The notes: generated from the letters alone by a model not told the origin. A stretch of DNA of 54,258 nucleotides from Nemertoderma westbladi (GCA_032718475.1 JAUCBJ010008687.1:1-54258); one strand, 5' to 3'; positions 23,563 through 36,100 are shown, numbered from the stretch's first letter. Made by a program: numbers and translations.

Positions 23563-24436
23563 TAGTGTTAGACCGGAGCTCCGGCTCCGGTCCGGATCCG
23601 GCCCGGAAAATGGTGCTCCGGTTCCGGTCCGGCTCCGGCTAAAATATGACCGGAGGACCGGAGCTCCAGTATAAAACTGTAAAAGACAGACAGAGACACA
23701 CAATGTACAGATGTACAATGCACAATCAGTTGTCCACAGTCACAGTCATCTAGTCTAGTCAGCTAGTCCATCATAGTACAGCCAGACAGCTTTGCCTACT
23801 GCTGTACTGGCTGCTGGCCTACTAGGTGCCAGGCTGAGGCTACAAAGACAGGCCAGTCAGTACACTATTACCTACAGTACTGTACTACCTACTCACTCTC
23901 TGACTCTGTCTAGCCTGTCGCTGTCACTAGCCTAGTACAGTAGTATTAGTACTAGTACCTATACCTCTACCTGTTGCCTGTCTACATCTACAGATCTACT
24001 GGCAGACTGAGTTTGAATGCTATCAACCATTCTTCTATTGCATCGTTGATCTGAGTTGTTTTGTTAGATTTAATATGTAATAAAACTACCCGACTACCGT
24101 CAGACCGTAATGCTGTAATGTACTGGTTTATGAGTATAAAGTATAAACAAAGTCAGAAAGTGGAGAAGTTGGCTCACTAAATGTAGCTGTGTAGTGGACT
24201 AACTGCCAGACCTGCAGACTGCAACATGCTGACATGCCAGGTCGTATTATAGTACAGTCTGACAGTGCAGCGCAGCAGTGGTACCGGTACCTTTAGGTCA
24301 TACAGTCATACCAGGCTTCAATATATTTTTTTTAATTTTACCTACCCGGTCCGGCTCCGGTTCCGGCTCCGGTACTTTTGGAATTTACCCGGTCCGGTTC
24401 CGGCTCCGGCAAAAATCTGGCTCCGGTCTAACGCTA
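23563..24436. mobile_element. hAT MITE
   Basis: TIR TAGTGTTAGACCGGAGC / GCTCCGGTCTAACGCTA. 8-bp TSD GTACAAAC (23555-23562, 24437-24444). Subterminal (TCCGGC/T)n. Confidence 0.9.
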
Positions 24437-24473
24437 GTACAAACCACTCAAACAAAAATGCAGACTAAATACT

Positions 24474-24985
24474 GACAGACTACTATCAAGCCTAAATAAA
24501 CTACAGGACATGCAGACTCCGAAATAGTTAGGTAGTATGCGTTCTAACCCAGTAGTACGACTTATTCTTTAATTGGGGGTTTACTTTACAGCAATGGCTA
24601 CCCCAACTTCCCAACCGTTCTTTATCGGACAAGGGCTCTACACACACTGCAATCCGTTCAGACCTAATAACAGACAGACAACTATCCAGCCTACAAATTA
24701 TCTAAATGATATTATACGCTACCTGTACAGACTACACAAACAAAGTACAGACCAAACGATGGCAGACTACTCTCAAGCCTAAATAAACTACAGGACATGC
24801 AGACTCCGAAATAGTTAGGTAGTATGCGTTCTAACCCAGTAGTATGACTTATTCTTTAATTGGGGTTTACTTTACAGCAATGGCTACCCCAACTTCCCAA
24901 CCGTTCTTTATCGGACAGGTGACCTACACACACTGCAATCCGTTCAGACTTAACAGCAATCAGACAACAGCTCAGCCTACAACTT
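24474..24985. repeat. Two-copy tandem duplication (period ~287 bp) in the 5' leader of the LTR element
   Basis: CAAGCCTAAATAAACTACAGGACATGCAGACTCCG... starts at 24487 and at 24774. Confidence 0.9.
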
Positions 24986-25759
24986 GTCTGTACAATATGA
25001 TCAGGCTTACACGCCTTCTGTTCAATACTGGCCTACAAACAAATAAAACTTGACAGAAATTGGTAAAAATCTCAATAAAAAACCAGGGCTGCAGTCCCTG
25101 ATTAATTATTAAGGCCCACCGGTATATAATTATCAAAATCGAATAATACTGCTGTACCTGTACTGCTGTAGGTACCGGTCCGGGTGGTTAGGTAGTCAGG
25201 CCTACTGGGTACCGGTTGCCGGTACTTCAGCTTTATTGCCTACTGCAATACAGAAGCTATATCCTTTAATGTTCGCGCTTTCAGACCTTTGGCAGTTTAA
25301 CCCACCAAATTAAGATGTCTTCTAGATATTAAATCAGTTTTTAGTCTATGACAAGTATTTGATTCACTACACTAGTCGAAACCAATCCGTGCGCGACCAT
25401 TCACCCGCTGGATATTCCCGGGAGATTGGGTTCGACGGTTTAATTTTATTGCTATGTAAGCCTAATGTATTATTCGACTGACAGTATTATATAATCTCTG
25501 ACAATATTATTCACCTTCGGGAATATTAACAGTTCCTTTAGGACGTGGCGCTTTATCTATATAAACAGAGTTATGACTTAAACTACTCACAACGATATGG
25601 CTTAATTATAATTCACATATATGGCGCATTCTTTAGGAATTGCTTCTTTAACAGACTCACTCATACACAATGCTGCACAATACTGCACACTAATCTGCCA
25701 ATCTTCACTGATTTTAGTCACATATAAAAGGAACACAGGCTGACTCATGTAGGGTCTAT

Positions 25760-27718
25760 GTTTAATGTTTAATGTTTAATGTTTAATGTTTAATGTTTAA
25801 TGTTTAATGTTTAATGTTTAATAGTTTGGGTATAAGAAAGCTAATGCTTATGGAACCCGTACACACCAAAAGAAAGTCCAACTGAAAGTAATTATAACAG
25901 TACCGGTAAGTAATTAAGTATTGCGACCAATACCGACCATGTTTACGAAACAATGACAAAAACATATATAAAACAATTGAAACATAAAAGGACGCAGTTA
26001 AATTAAAATAGTGTTCTTATAAAAATGGTTACTAATAAAATGTCTTGCTTGCTAAAGGGTTAAAGTGACGTCTGTAAAATCACGAGTATACACAGCAAAT
26101 TACATAACAGTCGATAAAGTCAGATACATACACTAAAAATTACAAATATACATTAGAATTACTAAACAAATTCAATAAAATGACAGTCTATATAGTATCA
26201 CGAGTATACACAGAAAGTTACATATCAGTCGATAAAATCGGATACAAGTATATCGGTTAGGGCTAATATCGATAGTTTAAGGGTTGGAAATAAAATATAA
26301 AATTAATTTAAAATATCAGATAATCCATAGCTATAAAAACAGTACGGTATGTAAAATAGATCAAGACATTTGAACACTTAAATTTACATGGATTAGCTAA
26401 CACTACACGATGAGAAAATAAGTACCGGTACACAGTTTAAGCTTTAAGGGTTAAAATAAAATATAAAATAAAATTAAAATATTCGATAAAATCGTTGTAT
26501 AGAAACAGTTTGGTATGTAGAACTGATGGATTTAATTAAAATAAAATATTGCATATGAATTGGATTATTTAAGAAATAACAAATAACAGTTGCACCATTT
26601 GGGTCTATTTAAAAATACGAACGATTGGTAAGAGATTATACTGTAAGTTACATAAAAATAAGTAGATCAAGTGAAAAATAAGTAGATAAGTAAAATAAGA
26701 TAAAATGGAATGAAAGTTGGTGTTGTAATTAAAAAAAATTTTAAAATATATGATAGATAAAACAACGTTAATGTGATGAAAAAAAGTTGGTGATTATTAA
26801 TGCAGGTAATAAGTGGATTATGTGAGGTTCCACCACGAGGGGGTGAATTTCAGGGGTAAATGTTTATAATGAGTGTTCAGCCTGGATTTGAAGGTGTTTA
26901 GCGAGGGTGAGGTGACTATATTATCGGTCAGTGCATTCCATGGGTCAATGACCCGGAAGTGGAAGGTAGAGTTCCGTTGGAGTAATCTCGCACGTGGTTT
27001 CTGGAGTTTTAGGGAATGGCCGCGAGTACTGCTGGAGGAGAGAGTAAATAGATGGTCGACTGACTCCAGACCCGACAGATACCGATAGACCTGGACGAGG
27101 TCAGCGCGGTGGCGACGATACTCGAGGGTCGGGAGGCCCAGTTGCCGCAAACGAAGAGGGTACGGTGTGTCTCGCAGGTTGGCTACTAACCGAGTAGCTC
27201 GCCGTTGGACTGATTCAATCAGCCGTGTCTCTCCGATCCGATGTGGCGACCAGACAGTGGAGGCATACTCCAGTGTTGGTCGTACGAGGGCTTTGTAGAG
27301 ATTGATGAAGATATCCCCATCCAGGTGCTTGAATGTCCGATATATTAATCCAAGAGTTCGGTTTGCTTTTTTCACGATCGTTGCAATATGGTGGCCGAAT
27401 GAAAGGTCATTTTGAAATATAACACCAAGGTCTTTTTCTTTGGATGTCCGTTCTAGAATGTGATCACCAAGTTGATATGGAAGGCAAGGGTTGTCGTATC
27501 CTATATGCATAATTTTACATTTTGTAAAGTTGAAACTCAACTGCCACGTCAAACTCCAGTTGTAAAGAATATCTAAGTCCGATTGTAAGGGGCCAATCGC
27601 AGGGCATGGGTGTGCATTAAAAACTACTGAGTCCTTAGTGTCGTCCGCAAATAAATAAATTAAAAATCGAACAAGAGATGGTAGGTCATTCACGTAGCAG
27701 AGAAAGCAAATAACATTA
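25760..27718 (-). mobile_element. 5'-truncated CR1-clade LINE inserted in the 5' LTR
   Basis: Tail (TTAAACA)x9 at 25759-25821. TSD GTCTAT (25754-25759, 27719-27724). ~1 kb 3'UTR. Absent from the other LTR. Confidence 0.92.
26818..27705 (-). pseudogene. CR1 ORF2 C-terminal part (open, but 5'-truncated)
   Basis: YVNDLP, LFADD, KCKIMHIG, EKDLGV, LYKALVRPTLEYASTVWSP, VQRRATRL, TRGHSLKL, FKSRL. Confidence 0.9.
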
Positions 27719-28510
27719 GTCTATCAAATAACATTAGATTCACTTCAAACCACTTTAACATAAGTCACAATCGTTATTGGTAACCTTTCTCTCTTACCTT
27801 CGGTATATCAAGAATATTGGGTTTCGGGGTTATTTATCGTTATTCCAAATATAATAATTCATCAACCATATTATGAAGAACTGACAGTAAATAGCAGTAT
27901 AAAACAACAACTGAACACTGATTGTTATGAGTTTGCAATGTTTCAGCAGTCAGTATGTATGATCAGTTAGCAGTGATTCCATGAGTCAGGTCAGTTAAAG
28001 GATATATCGTGGGGCGGGTGGTAAAACGTCCTAAGTCTAAAAAAGTTGTTCTGAGAAAACACGTTTTTTGTTTACTATTTTAACAAAAATGCACATTTAC
28101 ACTGTTTTATTTCTCTTTCTAACTTTAAAAGGGTGTTGAATCGTTTTCTGATACCAGAAATACAGATAAACAGCCTCCTTGTAGGGCTTTTTGACAAATT
28201 TGCAACATAGGACGTTTTACCAATTTATATTTTAATGCGACATAGGACATTATATAACCAATCTTTTTTATGTTTATAACATAGGACGTTTTACCAACTT
28301 AAATATTTATGCGACATAGGACATTTTACAAACTTTTTTCCAAGAAGTTTCGCAAAGCCCCCCCCCCCCCCCCCCCCCCCCCCTCCGAATTATTAGGAGT
28401 AATATACAATTATACAAATAAATGTTTTGTTGTTGTTTAATATTTATTGTTATTTTTCAATAGTTGTATTGTTTATAACAAAATTATCTAAAGATAAACC
28501 AACATAAAGT

Positions 28511-30555
28511 TTAATCACTTTCAATTTCGTCATTTCCCGCAACTATGATATCATCATTCACGAATTGAGATTCCGACAGTGTTTCGTAATATGCCCCGTT
28601 TGTTTTTTATATAAGACCTTGTTGGCAAATATCAAGTAAATCTTTTTTTTTCTTTAGACTAATCTTACGGGGACCAGTGAAAGCTAGAGACAGAGATGGG
28701 AGATTCTTACCTGCTGCATAAACTTCTTTACCTGTAGCTTTTCCTTTAAAATTTTGCTTTTTCCCCTTTCCTTTACTACGTAGATTGCATCTGTCTCCAA
28801 CTTTAGTTTCAGCTTTTGGTTTAATTTCAACAACTTTAAATGGTTCATCCTCAGCACTAAAGCTGTATTTAAACTGAATGATGTTAGTATTTGTTTTCTG
28901 AAACCTCATCCATTTGACCTTAAGCCAGTTAACATACTGTTTTTTCTGTTTTTTACAGCTCCGTTTATTGATCATTTTACCAATTTGGTCACCGACCTGT
29001 TCACCATTACATTCACCAATACGTCCACCCCTTTCTTCAACGACCTGTTCACCACTCCGTCCACCAATACATCCACCCCTTTGTTCAACGACCTGTTTAC
29101 CACACCGTCCACCAATACATCCACCCCTTTGTTCAACGACCTGTTCACCAATCCGTCCACCAATACATCCACCCCTTTGTTCAACGACCTGTTCATCACT
29201 CCGTCCACCAATAAGTCCACCCCTTTCTTCACCGACCTGTTCAAAACTCCGTCCACCAATACATCCACCCCTTTCTTCAACGACCTGTTCACCACTCCGT
29301 CCACCAATACATCCACCCCTTTGTTCAACGACCTGTTCATCACTCCGTCCACCAATACATCCACCCCTTTGTTCAACGACCTGTTCACCACTCCGTCCAC
29401 CAATACATCCACCCCTTTGTTCAACGACCTGTTTACCACACCGTCCACCAATACATCCACCCCTTTCTTCAACGACCTGTTCACCACTCCGTCCACCAAT
29501 ACATCCACCCCTTTGTTCAACGACCTGTTCACCACTCCGTCCACCAATACATCCACCCCTTTGTTCAACGACCTGTTTACCACTCCGTCCACCAATACAT
29601 CCACCACTTTGTTCAACGACCTGTTTACCACTCCGTCCACCAATACATCCACCCCTTTGTTCAACGACCTGTTCATCACTCCGTCCACCAATAAGTCACC
29701 CCTTTCTTCACCGACCTGTTCAAAACTCCGTCCACCAATACATCCACCCCTTTCTTCAACGACCTGTTCACCACTCCGTCCACCAATACATCCACCCCTT
29801 TGTTCAACGACCTGTTCATCACTCCGTCCACCAATAAGTCTACCCCTTTCTTCACCGACCTGTTCAAAACTCCGTCCACCAATACATCCACCCCTTTGTT
29901 CAACGACCTGTTCACAACTCCGTCCACCAATAAGTCTACCCTTTTCTTCAACGACCTGTTCACCACTCCGTCCACCAATACATCCACCCCTTTGTTCAAC
30001 GACCTGTTCACCACTCCGTCCACCAATAAGTCTACCCCTTTCTTCACCGACCTGTTCACCACTCCGTCCACCAATACATCCACCCCTTTGTTCAACGACC
30101 TGTTCACCACTCCGTCCACCAATAAGTCTACCCCTTTCTTCACCGACCTGTTCAAAACTCCGTTCACCAATACATCCACCCCTTTCTTCAATGACCTGTT
30201 CACCACTCCGTCCACCAATACATCCACCCCTTTCTTCAACGACCTGTTCACCACTACATTCACCTATTCGTTCACACCTTCGTTCACCATTCACCTGTCC
30301 ACCACTCCCTACACCAACCTCTACACTGATCTGTTTTTCGACTGTATCATTGACACTAATGTCACTTATTACACGACGGTTAACAATAAGAACCTTACAT
30401 AGTTTCTTGAAATCGTAGATATCACTTTGTTTTAACAAAGTGATCTTATATGGATTATTTCGCCTCGCTCCTAGAATTATATTTGTCCAATCATTAGGAA
30501 CTTCTACTACCTGATTAGATTTAGCATACTCTATTGCGGAGTGCATGCTGTCCCC
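28511..30555 (-). pseudogene. Sola1-type transposase C-terminal half, frameshifted, with tandem-repeat expansion
   Basis: GDSMHSAIE...VPNDW...ARRNNPYKI..L.QSDIYDFK; then VNWLKVKWMRF...KKKKDLLDIC..GLI; after a frameshift AYYETL...stop at 28511. Confidence 0.75.
28990..30262. repeat. 48-bp minisatellite, ~26 units
   Basis: Unit CCACCAATACATCCACCCCTTTGTTCAACGACCTGTTCACCACTCCGT; no spacers. Confidence 0.95.
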
Positions 30556-31073
30556 TTGAATTAGTTCTGTCTAGAATACTAAACATTGCGACATTTTGGT
30601 CTTTTTGGAATCACTAAATGCCATTCAGCAAGAAATACTAACTATTAATAGTAATGGAACTCCTGTCTTGACTGACCTTTAACGTGACAAAACGTCCTAT
30701 GTTTCACTTTTAATTTGTTATTTGTAATCGTTTTTTCGACTTAGGACAACTTACCACCTTAAGTATAAAGTTAGGACGTTTTACCATCCGTAGCCTTAAC
30801 TTAGGACAACTGAAAATTTGCAAATAACTCCGTTAAACTGTTATTTTATCACTAATCCTTTGGTAGAAAGGAGGGAAATTCAATTTTATACCCAATTCAC
30901 TCAAAACATGAATTTTGAGAAAATTTGACTTAGGACGTTTTACCACCCGCCCCACGATATGTCCTTATAATTAAACCTACTAGTGTAAAACTAAAAACTG
31001 AAAACACGGAGGTGCCAAAAGCCGGTTCTTAGGCTCTGGGCAAAAAACATAACACTGCACTACTGAGTTTCTG

Positions 31074-31114
31074 TATATACCTCCAACACAGAGACAACAA
31101 ACGCTCTGATTGGT
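31074..31114 (-). promoter_or_regulatory. Putative LTR promoter (CCAAT box then TATA-like box)
   Basis: Minus-strand ACCAATCAG (31106-31114) followed by TATATA (31074-31079); the same arrangement occurs in the 3' LTR at ~12554-12594. Motif-only inference. Confidence 0.4.
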
Positions 31115-31402
31115 CAACCTGAACAACGAGAGAACAAAGAAACAAAGAAACGTCGACGTGGCAATATCAGCTGCTAGCCGTCGTCATGGTAGCGACACTG
31201 TTTTCAAAAGTATCCAGCTATTGCGTCACGAGATTGTGGATTATGTCCTCTAAAGTACAAATACAGTACAAATACATAAGAAATGACTTTTATGTCCTCT
31301 AAAACACCAGTACAGCAAGGACACGGCCCTTTTATGCCTGGCAAACCAACTACAGAGTACTTTAAGGGAAAATAACCGGCTAATTACGCAAAAGCTTTTA
31401 CA

Positions 31403-31582
31403 GTCGGCGTTACGTTGTGCCGTCAGTGTCGGCGTTACGTTGTGCGGACAGTTTCGGCGTTACGTTGTGCCGACAGTGTCGGTGTTACGTTGTGCCGACA
31501 GTGTCGGTGTTACGTTGTGCCGACAGTGTCGGCGTTACGTTGTGCCGACATTATCAGCGTTACATTGTGCCGACAGTGTGGC
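31403..31582. repeat. 25-bp satellite, right part
   Basis: ~7 units of GTCGGCGTTACGTTGTGCCGACAGT. Confidence 0.92.
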
Positions 31583-32552
31583 GGGCTAAAACATAAATAT
31601 GAGACTGTAGTATAAGTGATTAAGTGATAAGACTGTAGGGTAAATGATTTTAATCACCGCTGACTGTGAACGACCCAACAGGTAGTCAGGCGGTACACCC
31701 CGCGGTTTACCGCAGCCCATTGAAACAATGTTAAAAAAATTAATGTCATTTCCTGTTGAATTCGCAGTCGACAGATAGACTATCAGTTTCCGCTCACGCA
31801 CCGTTGGATGTGAACATGGCTTAATGTGAATCTCAGTAGTATACCGAACTCGTTCGAGACAGAGTGTCGCCATATAGATATGCTTCTCGCCCTGCAACAG
31901 ACCCAGCTACTATACATAGAACTATAATTAGGACGCCTTCAGACGGTGTCGCCATTTCATAATGATTATATACTGAAGCTACCCAAGTAGGTGAGAAGTA
32001 CACACACAATCACATTATTACATACTCCTCCTAACAAAGCCGCATTCAACTCCCTTAATAGCCTGTGTGCTGTATCAATGCCTCAGTGGGTGGTCTCCAG
32101 TACTAAAATAAGGCCCAACTCATCTCGGGGTAATGGTAAGGTAGCAACAATCTGTCAATAATAAAAGCGAGCCAAAATTTAGTCTGAGAAACTAAAGGCA
32201 GTGATTTTTTATGTCCTTTTATTTGACTTTTTTTGTCATTTTTTTTTTATGAATTATGCATAATGACTTTTGTTGTCCTTTTAATGACTTTTATCGTCCT
32301 TTTAATGACTTTTTATGTACGTATTTCTTAAACTGTCAGACTGCTGATTTCTGGACTGTCAGACAGTTGATTTCACTATGCCTGTGCCAAAACATTCCAT
32401 GATTCCATGATTTATAGACTATGAGATAGATTTCCATATGCGCCTGTGGTAAAAAGACTCTATATTTAATAGTTTGTGGTTGTTGTCGATAATCGATTAC
32501 CACATGACGTAGCAAAACACTCATTTTATAGCCAAAAACAAATACCAATTGA

Positions 32553-33186
32553 TGGAAAGGAGCAGGTTAAGGCCGAGTTTTCTAACCAAAACAATAAACA
32601 GTCACTTTACCAAATCAGGGAAAGGAGCAGGTTACAGAGACGGGATTTTCTAACCAAAACAATAAACGATCACTTAACTAATTGAGGGAAAGGAGCAGGT
32701 TACAGAGGCGGGATTTTCTAACCAAAACAATAAACGATCACTTAACTTATTGAGGGAAAGGAGCAGGTTACACAGGCGGGATTTTCTAACCAAAACAATA
32801 AACGATCATTTAACTAATTGAGGGAAAGGGACAGGTTACAGAGGCGGAATTTTCTAACCAAAACAATAAACGATCACTTAACTAATTGAGGGAAAGGAGC
32901 AGGTTACAGAGGCGGGATTTTCTAACCAAAACAATAAACGATCATTTAACTAATTGAGGGAAAGGGGCAGGTTACAGAGGCGGGCCTTTCTAACCAAAAC
33001 AATAAACGGTCACTTTACCAATTCAGGGAAAGGAGCAGGTTACAGAGGCGGGATTTTCTAACCAAAACAATAAACGATCATTTAACTAATTGAGGGAAAG
33101 GGGCAGGTTACAGAGGCGGGATTTTCTAACCAAAACAACAAACGATCATTTAACTAATTGAGGGGAAGGAGCAGGTTACAGAGACG
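32553..33186. repeat. 68-bp tandem repeat, ~9 units
   Basis: Unit GGGAAAGGAGCAGGTTACAGAGGCGGGATTTTCTAACCAAAACAATAAACGATCACTTAACTAATTGA at 32618, 32686, 32754, 32822 and onward. Confidence 0.95.
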
Positions 33187-36100
33187 ATAAAACTAATACA
33201 GTAATAGGCCTAAATTATGTGAAAGGTATATCCACATTTTCCACAATCCTGCAATCCAGTTTGGCCTATCAATTATTTAAAATTTATTAGCACAACCGGT
33301 AGGCCTACCATTACCGTATTTAAATGGTAGGCTACACAGTAGGCCTATAGCAGTACCCGTGCCGGTACCGGTACTAAAATACAGAAATACCTGCTTTATA
33401 CCTACATCTGTACATACAATACAGCAAAATAGTGCTATATATACTAATACCGGTACTGATAGCCTGAGAGAACAGCAGTAGAGAAACCGGTAGCATGGAA
33501 CCTAACATTAGACTTTTGGAGGACATAAAAAATAAAAAAAAAGGACAAAAAAAGGATTTAAACGGACAATAAAAATTATTGCGGAAACTAAATCTATGTC
33601 CAAGGAGACAGACAGTCTGGATTTAGCTGAGTCGAGCTAAAACGAGCCAATAAAGGATATAATTAGGATGGGTAATAACAGTGGATGTAACATTGATAAC
33701 CGAGTGAATCATGGTGTGGTATGGCTAAGAGTATGAAGTAATAACCAGATGAGGCGTGAGTATTGAGTGTGACAACTGTGACAACCAAACCCAGTTAGAA
33801 TTCCAAAATGATAAAGCTAACAAACGTGCAATAAATACTGTAGAGATTACAATACAGTACGAACAACAATGTATACAGTTTGTATGGACGAAAGCGGATT
33901 ATTATTGGTTGGGGTTTGGCATCGTACTCACAGCTGAGATGGATAACTTCCATTTTGGGTGTACAAAGTTGAGGTGTTAACAGTAGAGCGGCCAGATGTT
34001 TAGTGATGTTTATTGCCAATATTGCGGTGTATTTAAATGTGATGGTTTAACATACGATTTATTCTTAGGTTCATTTCTACATTAAATGTCATCAAACCTA
34101 TATCATTCATTAGATTGTATCGTATTGTGTATTATTGGTGTTTCGTTATTCGCACTGTGTACGTGCGAACTTCTATGGATGAGAAATAGTAGTTATTGAA
34201 CTAGTAGTTAACAATATACATTGCAAGTCAAACTGAAATGAACAAGTAAAAGGTACAAGGTACTTACTACAAGTAAAATGAAGTTATCTGAGAACGTGAC
34301 CTTGAAACACCTGCATGAATAAGATTATGATTAATAAGACGATTAATGATTGCGCCTCTATTAATATTTTCGTTACTGATTTAAATATTTGAGGCCCTCA
34401 ATATCTGCGCGCATCAATGTTTGTTTCCCTCACTAAATATGTTTGTGCGCACTGTATTGCGGTGCACACCACCCCCCCTTCCCTTGCTGCCTTACGGAAA
34501 TATGAATATTATAAATATTAAATCGAAGTTCATTTAACCATCTAAATGTTCACGTCAAATGCTGCGTACTGTAGGTATACGTTCCCCCGGGCGAACTCAC
34601 CCAGGGGGGGCTGAAATGTCAGGGAAAATGTCAGGGAATTCTTGTAAAAATAGGAAAAATCAGTGAAAATTAAGGGATTGCCTGATACAGTAATTACAGG
34701 AGATGTGTAAAAAAATTGTCTCTGCTCGCTTCGCTCGCCATTCAATATACAGTATTATAATTTCACTCTATCAAACTTGCGCAAAATAGATTTGATATAG
34801 TTACAGTATACTGTTAGATATATAACAACGTCATAAAATAAAAGTTGCAATTATTGAAGGTAGGGGGGAGGGGGCGCCATCTCAGCTTCACTCCCCTGGG
34901 CACCAGAAGTGTTCGCTACGCTTCTGGGTTTTAGGAATTATTGGGACCGGGTCTTAGGAATTTTCACGTGGACCGGGCAATAATTGGACCTATCGGATTT
35001 TAGGTTCAATGGACCGAGACCGGGACCGGCCCGGGTTTTAGACAGTCCCGTTTCAAAGCGGTGGATATTACAAGGACCTTCTGCTTCTGCTGCCCTTGTG
35101 AGGGATATAATATACGGAAGGTAACCCTGCAAACATTTTGACGTTAATTTAACGTTAATTTACGTTAATATTCTACCATTCCAACGTTGTTTTTTAACGT
35201 GCCCTTACGTTAAATTAACGTATTATTGGCCGGGGTTACTACGTTAAAAATATACATAAATTGTACTCAAATCATACTAATTAACTCATGTCTGAAAATA
35301 ACGTTAACTGCCGTATATTGTGAACGTTATTTTTTAACGTGCCCTTACGTTAAATTAACGTATTATTGGCCGGGGTTACTACGTTAAATAAATACGTTAA
35401 AAAAATACGTCAATAATACGTTAAAAAAATACGTCACTAATACGTTATTTTTGATTCAAAAGCATAAAAAAGATCAAATTTGAGATTTACTTCATGGACC
35501 ACAGCGGCAGTTATTTGGTGGACCTGCAAGGGACTGGGGGGGGACCTAACCCTAACCTGCACAGCCTACGCCTACGCTCCTACACCTACTACACCTTAGG
35601 AGTGGAACCTTCAATGCATTTAGGCAAAATAAATATCGGATTATTTCTGAGAAGAATTATGATGACTTTTGATCAATTGCTAAGAAATTTGTTTAGATTT
35701 ATATAAAATACTATCACATACCTATTTGGCCTCTACGTTAGATAAATCATTTGATTAAATTATTTAAATTTATTAGTTATCAAACAATTTAATTGATAAT
35801 TTAAAATTAAATTATAGGAAATTAATAACTATTTAGAGTCTGACGTCATTTAACGTTAGACTTGCGTTTTTTGCAGACGCTGGGGGTAGAATGAAACCAA
35901 TTTATTGTTTGTATTAACTACACTGTATATCAAACCTCACCAATCATTTAACGATGGTAACGAATGGTGTTTATTTTATTTAGCCACTCACACTGAATAA
36001 ACGTAGTGCCGATTTTATATAAATACTTGGCAGTCGAAAATGAACTTATTTAACAAATTTTGCCCGGAATAAAAAATAATTCACAAAGTTAAATTTACGG

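Larger units (their letters stand above)
28008..30956 (-). mobile_element. Sola1-like DNA transposon, internally deleted
   Basis: Perfect 30-bp TIR CGTGGGGCGGGTGGTAAAACGTCCTAAGTC. ATAT 4-bp TSD, confirmed by the empty site GGATATATGTCC in the other LTR (AWWT is the Sola1 target). Subterminal TAGGACGTTTTACCA repeats. Confidence 0.88.
11669..31402 (-). mobile_element. BEL/Pao LTR retrotransposon, non-autonomous (Gag-protease only), with nested insertions
   Basis: Two TG...CA LTRs. 5-bp TSD GTCGG (11664-11668, 31403-31407). BEL-type Gag/protease ORF. Purine-rich GGGAGCGG abutting the 3' LTR on the minus strand (12883-12890). Confidence 0.95.
25270..31402 (-). repeat. 5' LTR, split in three by CR1 and Sola1 insertions
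   Basis: Segments 25270-25759, 27719-28007 and 30957-31402 are collinear with 11669-12882. Confidence 0.95.

Noticed and set aside
25080-25269. tRNA primer-binding site next to the 5' LTR
   Set aside because: The minus strand reads TTAAAGGATATAGC after the LTR; no TGG-initiated tRNA complement is recognisable, so none is called.
28914-30418. Plus-strand Pro/Thr-rich mucin- or extensin-like ORFs
   Set aside because: Antisense readings of the stop-free 48-bp repeat; the flanking homology is on the minus strand.
28990-33186. CRISPR-like appearance of the 48-, 25- and 68-bp arrays
   Set aside because: Head-to-tail units with no unique spacers, no cas genes, eukaryotic context.
33690-33850. ESWCGMAKSMK..IECDNC as a Mutator-like transposase remnant
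   Set aside because: Only a CxxC and vague spacing; too decayed to support.
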